Assembly: GCF_030684315.1 (NCBI RefSeq) | Contig: NC_081388.1 | Span: forward strand, 21,993,015 to 22,057,014 | Direction of reading: 5' to 3' | DNA: 64,000 nt | From: Stegostoma tigrinum | Lineage: Eukaryota | In this document: positions 51,127-64,000 of the stretch, piece by piece | Layout of the letters: each line of letters begins with the position of its first letter | Position numbering within the stretch: position 1 is the stretch's first letter | Position numbers and translations under genes: made by a program | Notes under the pieces: generated by a model | Told to the model about the DNA's origin: nothing | The model's database searches: none | What the model saw: the letters and a program-made list of their open reading frames with translations, nothing else

Positions 51127-52000
51127 TCTATAAACAGATGCCAAAGATCACCATTCAGTAGATAAATACGGCAACTCCACATTACATCCCATCTGCTCCA
51201 ACACTGGTGCACATGCAATTAGTTTAGATTTTTGCCCTGTTTTTCTTAGGTTTTCATTGTCCAGTGGCTAATTCTTCATAAGACTGGGTCATTTGTAGAT
51301 TTAAGAAATATTTTCCCCTCGTGTCAAAAATCAAATATATGATCTCGTCGTTTTTGCATCTGCAGTTTTTTTTACTCCCTCGATCGCCTTTGCATCATCT
51401 GCATCTCAAAGCTGTAGAATCCCAGAGTAAAATCCACACAGCCTCCCAGGCAAACATCCACCATCTACTCATGCCTTTCATCGGTTTCCATCAGATACTG
51501 CATCGCCGAACATTTTTCGTCCTCTCTCGTGTATTTATATTAATCAGGATCTGGACTGCGAGTACCCGATCGACTGGTGAAGCGTAAGCAATGGGAAGCA
51601 TCTGATCAGATTTATGCAGCCAACCAACAGCCCACAGCATCAAAGCTAGCCACATGATTCCTACTGCCCAATGAGGGAACGAAATCTGATTTTATTCAAA
51701 AAAGCTCAGGGAGAGGAAAATCAAAAAAAAATTTCTTTTTTTGTAAAGTCCACCCTGTTTTCGGAGAATGCGGCAGCAAAATTTGCTTAAGATATCAACC
51801 GGCAACATTACCTGATGGACTAAACGCCAGATCGAGTTATTGGTCTTTAAGTATAAATCTTCCACTGGTTCAAATTTCATAATGCCAAGAAAAGCAGTAC
51901 GAGGAATTTAGTGGAAATAGGGTGCTTTTCTATTTCGATCCGTACTCTCTGAAATTCTTATCAGTTCTAAAGCTTGCAAGGTAACACTCTAACATTGTGT
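51127..52000 (-). promoter_or_regulatory. Putative CACNA1A 5'UTR and proximal promoter
   Basis: Repeat-free, with visibly more CpG than the flanks, and directly upstream of the ATG. Contains a CCAAT motif (ctgcccaatgag, about 51664-51675). The TSS cannot be located from sequence. Confidence 0.55.
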
Positions 52001-52364
52001 CTAATAGTCCTTTGGTGGGATATAACTGGAGTAAAGTCGAAGCTTTTAATCGTGCATTCAAATACTAAACTAAAAGCAAAACAACATTCGATGTCTCATA
52101 CAGAAGAAATGTTGTTTTCCTTTTACTTTGGTATTCCTTGTGAACTGTTCTGATGAGTACAAGATAAAAAGCTTTGATGAAATGTGTTTTTCAGCAATAA
52201 ACAAAACTGTTTAATTGCATCTGCACCTTAATTTCAATCAGTACCTTGACACAATATTTCTCGTTCTTAGTCATTCAGAAATATGTTTTATATGGTATTC
52301 TATCATCCCTTTCTTCCTTTGACTTTCAGCCCTCGGCCCCATCCCCTTAATGTGGTATGTATCT

Positions 52365-53190
52365 AAACCAAAACAAAATGCTGGAGAAACTCAGCAGGTC
52401 TGGCAGCATTTGAAGAGTGAGAAATAGAGTTAACATTTTGAGTCCAGTGTGACTTTTCAGTGTGAAATGAAAGAGGAACAGCCAGGGGAGGGTAGGGAAT
52501 GTGAAAAAAATGACTATTCTCTGAAGTTGTGGAACTCAGTATTGAATTCTACAGGCTTTAAAGAGCCTAAGCAGAGGTTGTTCCTCCAGCTTGTGTTAAA
52601 TCTCATTGGAATACTGTAGAGGGCCAAGGGTGGAAAAGTTAGCATGGTAGCAAGATGGTTGAAAGAAACGACATGCAACTGGAAGGTTGTCTCCAATGCA
52701 GCAGAAAAGTTCCACAAAGTGTTCACACAGACTATATTTGGTCTCATAAATGCAAAGGAGGCCACATTGTGAATAGTGAATATGGTAGATTAGACTGAAC
52801 TCGCAGAATGCTACCTTACCTGAAAGATTTGGTTGTAGGATGAAGAGAGAGATGAAGGGACAAGTGTTACATCTGCTGCAATTGCATGGTAAGGCGCCAT
52901 GCAGGAGTGAGGAAGTGTTAGGAGTGATGGACGTGTGGACCAAATGTCATAGAAGAAATTATCCCTGCAGAATACTGGTAGTAGATGAGAGGGGAAGATA
53001 TCTTTGGTGGTGGTATCCTGCTGTGGCAGAAATGGCAGAAGATGAACATGGAAACTGGTGGTTTACAAAGTGAGGACAAGAGGAACCCTATTGTTATTTC
53101 AACAGGTACAGGAAGGGGTAAAGGTTGAATTGTGAGAGATGGATCATATATGATTGAGAGGCCTGTTAATCACGGTGAGGGGTACTCACC
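52365..53190 (-). mobile_element. Old PLE fragment (GIY-YIG region and terminus)
   Basis: PCNCSRCNTCPF...CGLLCIYETK resembles PLE CGLLYIGETK. The terminal motif gctggagaaactcagcaggtctggcagcat is present. Confidence 0.7.
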
Positions 53191-55412
53191 CAACTTCTTA
53201 AGAATTTTAATTGCACACTAAGTACTTTATCTGACAGCCCGTTCTATGTACAATCATTTATTCAATGTTAAATGTATGTCTTTGATTTTGACATACCTCT
53301 TCCAAATTTAATATTCTGCTTTTTTATACATTACAAATTGTTTTGGAATTTTAAAGCCTTGTTTAATATGTCCACTCTTTCGTAATATTTTTTATGTGCT
53401 GAAATATCTTCAATTCATAAAATCTTTCCATTTAAATAAGTACAACAATTCCTTCAGTTCCCCTTCAGTCATGAACTTTTAAAGTGCCTTCATATTGATT
53501 AAACAAAACTGTCAATAATGAGCTTAAATAAATTACCAGGAAAAGCCATCAAAGCAAGCAGAATAAACTAGTATAAAAGGCATCAAGATAAATTCCAGGA
53601 GCAAAACAGAAACTGAACATCACCTTATAACATGAAACAGGATCTATCATGGATTCCATCTCTCAGAGTTACAGTGCACAAATCTTTTGATGACTGTAAA
53701 TGTCATAGCTTTAGTTTGCTATATTTTTGATTGTGAAATAAAACAGGAAAAGGTCTGTTTTGAAAATGAAGAATTGTGGAAAGGATTATTGCACTTCTTA
53801 AAATGTTACGAAAACTCATTGTAAGTGCTGTTTACACTGCTGTTTGTTCAGTCAGTAGGTTTAGACACAGATGAGCTGGATCTAGGGATTGCTTTTTTAA
53901 AAATTCACTCGTGAGATGTGCGCATCACAAGCATTTAATGCCCAACACTAGTTGCCTTTGAGAAGGTGACACTGACATGCCTTCTTGAGCTGCTGTCGTC
54001 CACATGCTGTGGACAGACCCACAATGCCAATAGGGAGGAAATTCCAGGACTTTGACTCAGTGACAGTGAGGGAACAGTGATTTATTTCCAAGGATGGTGA
54101 GTGCTTGGAAGGGAACTTACAGGTAATGATGAGCACAAAATGAGATTCAACCAGCAGTAAGTAGTTGATTGATCAATGGACTGATGACCAGTTGGCAATG
54201 ACAAAGTGCTTCTGCCGGCCAATAATTATGTGATTGGCACAAGCTGTTCAGCTACTTGGGAGCCAGTGAAGATATGGTCAGAAGCCATTGGATCTCTGGA
54301 AAGGAAGGTGCTGTTCTTTACTCTGTAGTAAAAATAACCTTAAACCTGAAGAAAGCCTGTTTATTTCTGGTCATAAGATGCTGCAAGTTGTAGATCTTAA
54401 CTAAAATGTCTGAGACTTTATATGTATGAACTATTTGCTCTGTGCCTTCAGCAATCGAGTAAAGGTACCTGCAGAAGGACTATCAAGGGCTAACAAATCC
54501 TGACAAGTCAAAAGAATCATCTCGGCAAACCCTGTGAACACAGACTATTGAACTGCCTTCCTAGCCTTTACCTTTACCCACAACATTCATGTTTATTTTA
54601 GAACTACAGATGCTGGAAATGAAAAGCAAAAACAGAAATTGCTGGAAGAACTCCACATGTCTGGCACTGTAACAGAGTTAATATTTTAGGTTTAGTGAAC
54701 CCTCTGGCCAGACCTTGGAGGAGCTCCACAAGGAGGTCCTGTAAAATGCATCTAAAATGGGTGAGTCATCTCCACAAAGTATGTACAATTTACCCTATCA
54801 AGCGTTCACAACTCCTATACAATGTTCTAGGTAAAAATTTTGCATGAATATTTTCCAATCAGTGAATCTTCCTTTGAGTGAAAACTTATCCATGATTCAG
54901 TTCCAGCCTGAAAGCAAACAATGAACAGAGAACTGAAAGTTGTATTAAGCTTAATTCCTTCAACTGTTTGCTAATAAATGGACAACTCCTTCACTTCAAC
55001 TGTCAAAAGATTACTGAACTGTGTCTTCTATTGCTTCTATCAGTATGTCGACCAGAACAAAATTGGCTAGTATCTTGCTAATGCACAGGTGAGTGTTCAG
55101 TTTGTGTCTTGTACACTAACTCTCCAATTAAGGAATTCACTTAAAGCCATTCTCCTGCCTTAACGCTACACTTATTCATTTTCAGATAACACTCTGAATG
55201 CTAGAGTTGAACCTACCTCTACCACACTTTTAAGCACCGCATTTCAAATCTTAACCCACGCACTGTGTGGGGTGGGGGGGGGAAATCTTGTATTGCTTTT
55301 TTTTGTCAATTACTTCATCTGTGCCATTTTATTGTTGATCTTTTCAAGAGTGGAAATAGTTTCCCGTACCTGTTTAGATATGTAGGTCATCTAGATAAAA
55401 TTACAATATATA

Positions 55413-55427
55413 GTGTGTGTGTGTATG

Positions 55428-55459
<32 letters not shown>

Positions 55460-55465
55460 TATATA
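55413..55465. repeat. Compound (TG)n(TA)n(CA)n microsatellite, self-complementary
   Basis: gtgtgtgtgtgtatgtatatatatacacacacacacacacacaca. Confidence 0.9.
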
Positions 55466-56026
55466 GTATCTTAGTATATACGTAAAACTACATGACCTGA
55501 ACACTTATTTCACAAAGTTAACCTCAATGTTTTTAATACGTGAAGGTACATTGGGCAGTGTTTTTTTTATGGAACTTAGATTCAATTTCAGTCTTAGCTG
55601 AAAGGATGAAAGCCTCTTCTCTACTAGGCATCTTTTAAGTAAAAAGGGAAGTCTGCATTCGGTTCCTAATAAATGTGAACACATATCACGAATGTCCATA
55701 GGTTGCAATTGATGCCTACTTTACAGAGATGGTTATTATAGACAGAGGAAAAAAATGACAGTATCAATAAATTGTTGTCAGATGTTATCAAGCACATAAT
55801 CTTATGGCCCAATAGTTGAATACCAGCAAAGTATTTATGTCATAGGAATCGGGAAAATCTCCCCACTTTTTGAAGTCAAAATAACATGATTATGCTTGTT
55901 GGAAGCCAATTATCCCAGCACAATTTCAGGAAATCCTCAGGTTAAATATTTTCTAATCAACCTGTTCAGACATGTCATTTTACACATCTGGTGCAGTTGG
56001 AACTTGAATCTGTGCCTCCTGACTCA

Positions 56027-56375
56027 GTGGCAATGGCCTAGTGGTATTATCACTGGACTGTTAATCCAGAGACCCTGATAATGTTCTGGGGAGCCAGATT
56101 CAAATCCTGGAATGGCACATAGTGGAATTTGAATTCAATACATATCTGGAATTAAGAGTCTAATGATGACCATGAATCTATTGTTGGAAAAACCCATATG
56201 ATTCACTATTGCCCTTTAGGGAAGAAAACTGCCATTCTTACCTGGTCTGGAAACTTAGCTGCATGTGCCTCCTGATCCACAGCAATGTGGTTGACTCTAA
56301 ACTACCCTCTGGGCAATTACAGATGGGCAATAAATGCTGCCTGGCTAGCAATGCCTTCACCCTGTGAATGAATTA
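56027..56375 (+). mobile_element. tRNA-derived SINE (second family)
   Basis: tggcctagtggtattatcactggact...gattcaaatcc...gggcaataaatgctg...gtgaatgaat. Confidence 0.8.
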
Positions 56376-58099
56376 TTTTAAAAAACTACCGTACCACAAA
56401 TGGTTCTTCAGGGTAGTATCCTTAGTTCAAAAATCTTCAGCTACTTCAGCAATGACTTTCCTTCTGTAATAAAGGTTAAAAATGTTTTTGACTATTTAAG
56501 ATTGCAGCATTCACTACCATTTATAGTTTCTCAGACACTGAAGCAGTCTGTAGCCATACACAGCAAGATCTGTACAATATTCAGCCTTGGGCTGATAAGT
56601 GGCAACTAATATTGGGAAAAAAAACAGAAAATGTCAGTGACCACCTCCCACAACACAAAAGCCTATCATTGCCAGTGACATTTAATGGTATTACCATTGC
56701 TGAATCTTCCTAGCATTAGCCATTGTTCAGTGATTTAACTGTACCAGCCTATAACAGCAGATCAGAATCTGGGAATTCTTAAACAAGCAACTCATCACCT
56801 GACTACCCAAAACTAGTATGCCATCTGTGAGGCACAAGTTAAAGAGTGATAGAGTACTCCCTACCTACCTGGATAAATGCTGTTCCAACCACACAAGCAA
56901 CTCAAAAGCCTGCTTAATTTGTTCCCCACCTTAAGCATTCAATCTCTTCATCCTGATACACAGAGGCAGCATTATAAAGAAGCATTGCTGTAGTTTGCTA
57001 AGCCTCCAAGAGTTAACAACAAATGCTGCCCTTACAAGTGTTGCACATATTCCATGAAAGGGAAATAAAATCAGTTGATATAACTTACACTGTTTGCCTT
57101 AAAATCTTTGCATAATTTTGAACAATCCTTTTAGACCTGTCCATAACATAAATAACTGAATATACCGCAAGAATTTGAGTGTTTCAACATAAGTGTATCC
57201 TCCCATCACTCTGCAATCTTGATAAATCAATGCTGCAGCTTACATACGACTCCAATATTCCATCTATATTGGCTTGTTCAAAGATGTATATGCTAAAAAG
57301 AAAATCTTGCAAAGTAATTCAGTTATGAACTAATCACTATATACTCATTACCACTCATTATTGTATTCAGTCCTCCTGCATGGAACTCAGCATTCAATTC
57401 ATCTTAAATAAAAACTGAAAGAACTGCAGATGCTATAAATCAGGAACGATCAATTCGTCTTGTTACAATCCCAGACCGGATCCCAAGTTGATCCAATTAG
57501 GAATCACATCTTATTAAAAATAGGTGGAGTATCAGCAGACTATCTGGACATGAAGGAACATTTTAGCAATTTCAATTCAACTGCTGTTCTTCCCACATTT
57601 TATTGTAGAAGGTGTCCAAGAACACTGATCAGGACACTTCTTCTCCCAAAAACAAAGACTAAATTGTATACCTAATAATATCACCCCATCTATTATTTTT
57701 TTAAATTCAGTACATATTGGAATCAAATCTGAAACTTTGCTGGTCTTTACGCCCGAATATCATGCCAAGAAATACATATTCAACAGAAGAAAATGATGAG
57801 TTCATACAAATGTTTAAATATGAATGAAAAGTCTTGTGTTACGTATTTTAGTCCTAAAGAACAACTTTAGATGCTCAAAACATTCTGCTATGATCAGCAC
57901 TTTTACAAATGACCAGTATATATTAGATTAACCGAGTCAAAAATTTTATCACTTAACATGCAACACAATCAAGGAAACACTCTTTATTGTACAATGAATG
58001 ATCCTTTATAAGAAGCTATTACTACATCATAGGAGACAGAAAAGGGCCTCTATTCTGAAACATCAATTTTGAACAAGGAGGAGGTGCTCAGCCCAGGAT

Positions 58100-59320
58100 T
58101 AAGACACAGGAGTGGAAGTAAGGCCATTCAGCCCATCAAGCCCACTCCACCATTTAAATCATGGCTGATGGGCATTTCAACTCCACTTCCCTGCACTCTC
58201 CCCGTAGGCCTTGATTCCTTGAGATCAATGATTTGTCAATCTCTGCTTTGAAGGCATCTAACGACCCGGCCTCCACCGCACTCCGTGGCAACGAATTCCA
58301 CAAGCCCACCACTCTCTGGCTGAAGAAATGTTGTCTCATTTCCGTTTTAAATTTACCCCCTCTAATTTTAAGGCTGTGCCCACGGGTCCTAGTCTCCCCA
58401 CCTAACGGAAACATTTTCCCAAGAGTCCACCCTATCTAAGCCATACATTATCTTGTAAGTTTCTATTAGACTTCTAAACTCTAATGAGTACAATCGAGGA
58501 TCCTTAGCCGTTCATCACACGTTAAACTTACCATTCCAAGGTTCTTCCATGTGAATCTCTGCTGGACACTCTCCAGGGCTAGTATGTCCTTCCTGAGGTG
58601 TGGGGCCCAAAGTTGAACACAGTATTCTATATGGGGCCTAACTAGAGCTTTATAAAGTCTCAGAAGCACATCACTGCTTTTATATTCCAACCCTCTTGAG
58701 ATAAATGACAACATTACATTCACTTTCTTAATCACGGACTCTACCTGCAAGTTAACTTTTAGAGAACCCTGGACCAACACTCCCAGATCCCTTTGTACTT
58801 CTGCTTTATGAATTTTCTCACCATTTAGAAAATAGTCCATGCCTGTATTCTTTTTTCCAAAGTGCAAAACCTCACATTTGCTCACATTGAATTTCATCAG
58901 CCATTTCCTGGACCACTCTCCTAAACTGTCTAAATCTTTCTGCAGCTTCCCCACCTCCTCAGTACTACCTGCCTGTCCACCTATCTTCGTATCATCGGCA
59001 AACTTCGCCAGAATGCCCCCAGTCCCTTCATCCAGATCATTAATATATAAGGTGAACAGCTGCGGCCCCAACACTGAATCCCGCGGGACACCACTCGTCA
59101 CTGGTTGCCATTCTGAAAAAGAGCCTTTTACCCCAACTCTCTGCCTTCTGTCAGACAGCCAATCCTCAATCCAAGCCAGTAGCTCACCTCGAACACCATG
59201 GGCCTTCACCTTGCTCAGCAGCCTCCTGTGAGGCACCATATCATAGGCCTTTTGGAAGTCTAGATAGATAACATCTACTGGGTTTCCCTGGTCTAACATA
59301 CTTGTTACCTCTTCAAAGAT
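58100..59320 (-). mobile_element. 5'-truncated CR1 LINE with RT core (different subfamily)
   Basis: ORF 58481-59410 contains YLDFQKAYD.VPH, TSGVP.DSVLGP, KFADDTK and RPHIEYCVQ. ORF 58154-58414 is the C-terminus. The element is frameshifted. Confidence 0.93.
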
Positions 59321-60290
59321 TGAAATAGCACTAAGAATTCCACGAGTCAGCTCACAAGGGGAGGGGAGCTTCATAATAATATTAGATTGTAATCGCCAGC
59401 TTCCTAGCAAAATTAGTCAACTATTCGTTTCCTTCCTTCCATTGTTCTCCACTTCTTATTTCCACATCCAGCACATTTTTTAGTTTGTCATATCCTGTCT
59501 GGTTCTCATTCACTTAGCCTCACCACATGCGTCAGGATCATTATTTCCTTTTACGTCATATTCTAAACTATATTTATCTTTAGGATTCCTCACATTGTTC
59601 AGGTCCTGATACAGTGGCAAGCAATGGTTGACCGTGATCTTTTTGCACCTTTCCTCATAATTGATCTTGTGATCTGTTTTGATGACAGTCATATTCTAAA
59701 TGGAGGCTTGTGCACAAAGTTTTGTAGCTGTACGGTGGTTTTGATTTGATTTGATTTATTACTGTCACATACCTAGGTATAGTGAAAAATTTTGTTTTGC
59801 ATGAAGAACAGGCAGATCATACCATGCAAAGCGCATTAGGTAAATGGAACAGAGCAAAGAATACAATGTTGTAGCTGCAGAAAAGATACCCAAAGAGCGA
59901 GATCAACATTAAATTTAAAATTTGGCAGGAAAGAAGCATGTCATAACAATAATGTTACATCAGCGTAAGCCATGTTTGTCCTGTTAGCACCCTACAGAAT
60001 TGACAGCTTCATATATTACCACCAATACAATACAAATCAAAACAACAGTTCAAAATAAGTATCTCTGTTCATTTATAGTCAGAAGGGATGTAGAGTTTGA
60101 TGGAAATTGTAAAAATATGAAACTTACATCATCAGGATCAGTGTAAAGTCCTTTATTAACAAAGGTAAGGATGGCAAGGGCATTCAGATCTTCCATCAAA
60201 AATGTTCAAGGATAAGATATAACTAGTAATACTGTGACTTCTCTTAACTTTCCTTTGTAGTTCAGAAATACTAAATATTATCAAACATAC

Positions 60291-60603
60291 AGTTTAGATT
60301 CCTGACAGTGTGGAAACAGGCCCTTCAGCCCCACAAGTCCACACCACCCCTTGGAGCATCCCACCCAGACCCATCCCCCTATAACCCACACACCCCTGAA
60401 CACTACGGGCAATTTAGCATGGCCAATCCACCTAGCCTGCACATCTTTGGACTGTGGGAGGAAACTGGAGCACCTGGAGGAAATCCACACAGACACGGGG
60501 AGAATATGCAAACTCCACGCAGACAGTTAGCTGAGGCTAGAATCGAACCTGGGTCCCTGGCGCTGTGAGGCTGCAGTGCTAACCACTGAGCCACCGTGCC
60601 ACC
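60291..60603 (-). mobile_element. HE1-type V-SINE (tRNA head, V-domain, CR1-derived tail)
   Basis: A box TGGCTCAGTGG, B box GGTTCGATTC, central GTGGAGTTTGCATATTCTCCCCGTGTCTG...TTTCCTCCCACAGTCCAAAGA, and tail GGGCTGAAGGGCCTGTTTCC similar to the CR1 3'UTR at about 28785-28800. Confidence 0.88.
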
Positions 60604-63284
60604 AATTACCTCCCTATATTCTCAGTGTTTAAGTAATTCTAACATATTCTCACTCGTACACAAGATTTTAAAACCATTGAAAGGGTGAGTTTAATAAAAG
60701 TTAAATCTTTTCTTTCTTCTTATACCAAATGCAACTTAGACTTCTTTCTTTTGATGTTTATTGATCTATATATGGAAAATGTGCATATCCAAAAATGGCA
60801 TACAGCTCAAATCTTTATTGCGAAAACAAAAGTTTTAGATTATTTTGCAGATAAAAACTTCCAATCAAAAGGTAATACATTTACTCACTCATATCTCTTT
60901 CCAATTGTGTTCACGTGGTTTGTATTCCAAGTTTGTTCGCACGGATATATTACTTAATCATGTTCAAATTAATTTACAACTATATTATCCAATCATATTC
61001 AAACTAATACATGTGATTATATTATTCAATCACATTTACAAATTCTAGCAGTTATATATCTTCTAACTGAGGGCATGTATTCTCTGATTACAGAAAATTT
61101 ATGCAGTCTATTTTCAACCCTATTAGTCCCTACTATTGCCAACACCTAGGCAGGGTTAAGTTTTGTTCAGGATCATTTGCATTTCTCTCAATCTTACATT
61201 CACTCTGCAAAATTGTAGAAAGAAGTGTGTCATGATGATACAACATATGAACTACTGATTTTCAAAATCCATCAGCTGATTTAATATCTTGAACTTTCAT
61301 TGACTGACATTTTAAAAAGGGATTGAAACACTGATGTAAAATTAACACAGGCGTCACCCAACCCATCCAGGTTGGCCAGATTTCATGAAATCACTGAATT
61401 AAACTAAGATCAATGAAACCAATCAGCCAGGCTCTCCAGTAGTTGCAAAAGGGTCCTCATCTCCAACTTAATTTATAGCACTATGAGAATTTTCATATAT
61501 TGAAGATGAAACATCACCTACAGTCACCAAGCCTGGAAACAAACTTCAGCAAACAAGCTATTATTTCAAGGGACTATTTTGCCTACAGCAGAACTGAACA
61601 TAGGCTCAAGAAAGCTGTCTCGCCTCTCAAGAAGAAAAGCACCTGGTAGCAGAACTGACTGAAAAGGACATCAAACAGAAAAGAACAGAAAGTATAACTG
61701 CAATATTCACTGCTGCTGATAGTCCAAGAAACCAAATAATCCTGGCCTTGGGTTAAAATTGTATCGCTCAAGGATGTCAAAAGGACATTAAACTAAACAT
61801 AATTATCTTGTACTGAAGATTATTCCATTTTAAGAGAGTGTGTGTGGATGAGTGAGTAAGAGAAATGAGTGTGTTTCTGTGTTTGTCTGTGTGTCAGGGA
61901 GAGACAGAGAGAGAGAGGGGAAGATGAGTGAGTAAGAGTGTGAATGAGAATGACTAAGTGAGTGAGAGAGTATGAGTGCGCGTGTTTGGAGGGAGTGGTG
62001 GGGGAGAGCAACAGAATGAAAGATGCATGCTTGGCAGTGCATTTTTATTAATTTTCTCAGGGTTAGCAAATAATAAACCTACTCCTTTTAATTCAAGAAA
62101 TTTTGTGATTGACTCCTTAATACTACACTAAAAATCATTTAATTACATTTTTAATTAAAGGCAGGCATAGCTTTGAGATAAGAAGAATTGTCAAGACCAA
62201 GCAAAAAAGTTGAAAAGTGAGGAGCCAGTTAACTGTCTCTCACCTGATTGTAGTCAATAAATGTGTGAGTTTGTGAGGAAGTGTCAACCCTAGTGCATTA
62301 ATCTTGCATTAATGATTGGAATTCACCTAATATTGTCAGATTCTGAGAGTTTTGACTTGCTATTAGAAAATAAATTACAAAATTTACCAATTTTCAACAC
62401 CTATCATAAACTAAGACATCAACTTTGTCTTCTGGTCAAGGTGATACAGCTACTGCATGCAACAATGCCACTTAATTATCCACTGGGGCTCACTCAATGT
62501 TGTTACAGATATCAGACCTATTCTCTTTAGTCAGTGTTAACCACCTCTTCCATAACCAGATTATCACCTGTCACAGTCAGATGTTAATCTGACTCAATGT
62601 CTGTGCTTACAATGGAATGATTCTTGAGGTGTAATATTAAGATTGATAGATTCAGTGGTCGTGGCCACATTGGTAACAAAAACATCGGTAGAATTTTGAT
62701 AAATCATCAACCACTGAACCAGCAACCCCGAATATTTTTACATTGAAGATACATCAATGGTTTTATCATTGTCATGTACTGAATTAGTGCACTGTCTTTT
62801 ATCCTCAGTACTTAGGACGCAGCTATGCCCAAAACACATGAAAACAACCTGGATGAGGGCAATGATGCAACAGTTTACTAATGGCTCAAAAACAGGCAGG
62901 ATTGAGAGTTATGAGATGGCAAGGAAGCTTCAAGATGATTCAGACAAGTTGTATGAGTGGATAAAAACATGGCAGATGCAGTACAGCATGGCTAAATATG
63001 AACATGTCTCCTTCACCACTAAAAACAGAAAGGGAAAGTGTCATTTTAATGGTGACATATTGGGAAATGTGGATGTATGAAGGGATTCAGATGTCCATCT
63101 ACACTAGACTGGCAGATGCAGCAAGCAAGGAAAGCGACTAGTATATTGGCCATCATGACATGACGATTTGAGGTCTGGTGTAGCCTCAGCCATTGGTAAG
63201 ATTTTAAAAGTCCAACATTAGAATCCTAGAGTCATACAAGCACAGAAACAGGCCCTTCAGCCCAACTCATCCATGAACTCATCC

Positions 63285-64000
63285 ATGGGCCCCAGCTATG
63301 CCTGCCTCTTTGTAGGTTACGTGGAACAGTCCCTCTTCCGCACCCACACAGGCCCCAAACCCCACCTCTTCCTCCGGTACATTGATGACTGTATCGGCGC
63401 CGCCTCTTGCTCCCCAGAGGAGCTCGAACAGTTCATCCACTTCATCAACACCTTCCACCCCAACCTTCAGTTCACCTGGGCCATCTCCAGCACATCCCTC
63501 ACCTTCCTGGACCTCTCAGTCTCCATCTCAGGCAACCAGCTTGTAACTGATGTCCATTTCAAGCCCACCGACTCCCACAGCTACCTAGAATACACCTCCT
63601 CCCACCCACCCTCCTGCAAAAATTCCATCCCCTATTCCCAATTCCTCCACCTCCGCCGCATCTGCTCCCACGATAAGACATTCCACTCCCGCACATCCCA
63701 GATGTCCAAGTTCTTTAAGGACCGCAACTTTCCCCCCACAGTGATCGAGAACGCCCTTGACCGCGTCTCCCGTATTTCCCGCAACACATCCCTCACACCC
63801 TGCCCCCGCCACAACCGCCCCAAGAGGATCCCCCTCGTTCTCACACACCACCCTACCAACCTCCGGATACAACGCATTATCCTCCGACACTTCCGCCATT
63901 TACAATCCGACCCCACCACCCAAGACATTTTTCCATCCCCTCCCCTGTCTGCTTTCCGGAGAGACCACTCCGTGACTCCCTTGTTCGCTCCACACTGCCC
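63285..64000 (+). mobile_element. Young PLE reverse transcriptase fragment (5'-truncated, runs off window)
   Basis: Manual translation from the ATG at 63285 gives MGPSYACLFVGYVEQSLF...LFLRYIDDCIG...FINTFHPNLQFT...LTFLDLSV...HFKPTDSHSYLEYTSSHP, a PLE-type RT core and thumb. It is CpG-rich. Confidence 0.92.

Noticed and set aside
50824-51144. ORF-track 106-aa protein with N-terminal MASVYR and C-terminal [13 protein letters not shown]
   Set aside because: The first codon is TTG and the homologous start is the ATG at 51126. The C-terminal residues are intron read-through past the U12 donor.
60530-60603. tRNA-like A/B boxes
   Set aside because: This is a SINE head continuing into the V-domain and LINE tail, not a tRNA gene.
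63585-63975. ORFs listed at the window end
   Set aside because: They are antisense or alternate frames of the PLE RT, whose true frame starts at 63285 on the plus strand.

Overview
This is vertebrate genomic DNA, most likely from a shark (inferred from a HE1-type V-SINE and abundant CR1 and Penelope-like repeats). The only host coding sequence I can support is the first coding exon of CACNA1A (Cav2.1, P/Q-type calcium channel alpha-1A) on the minus strand at 50867-51126. It ends at a perfect U12-type AT-AC donor (ATATCCTTT). I could not find exon 2, so bases 1-50866 appear to be part of a minor-spliceosome intron longer than 50 kb, and bases above about 51.1 kb are 5'UTR, promoter and upstream DNA. 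The rest is a dense mix of CR1 LINEs (one young copy with an open RT frame), two decayed Gypsy LTR elements, SINEs and Penelope-like elements (PLEs). The most notable non-coding signals are: (i) fold-back PLE insertions carrying minimal hammerhead-ribozyme cores, in some copies on both strands, with TSDs and a clean 26-bp micro-inversion; (ii) three evenly spaced RE1/NRSE-like motifs in intron 1; (iii) an isolated, CpG-rich 36-bp inverted repeat with arms 1.1 kb apart; (iv) uORFs and an acceptor-like site directly at the CACNA1A start codon. Repeat boundaries were read by eye and are approximate unless exact motifs are quoted.
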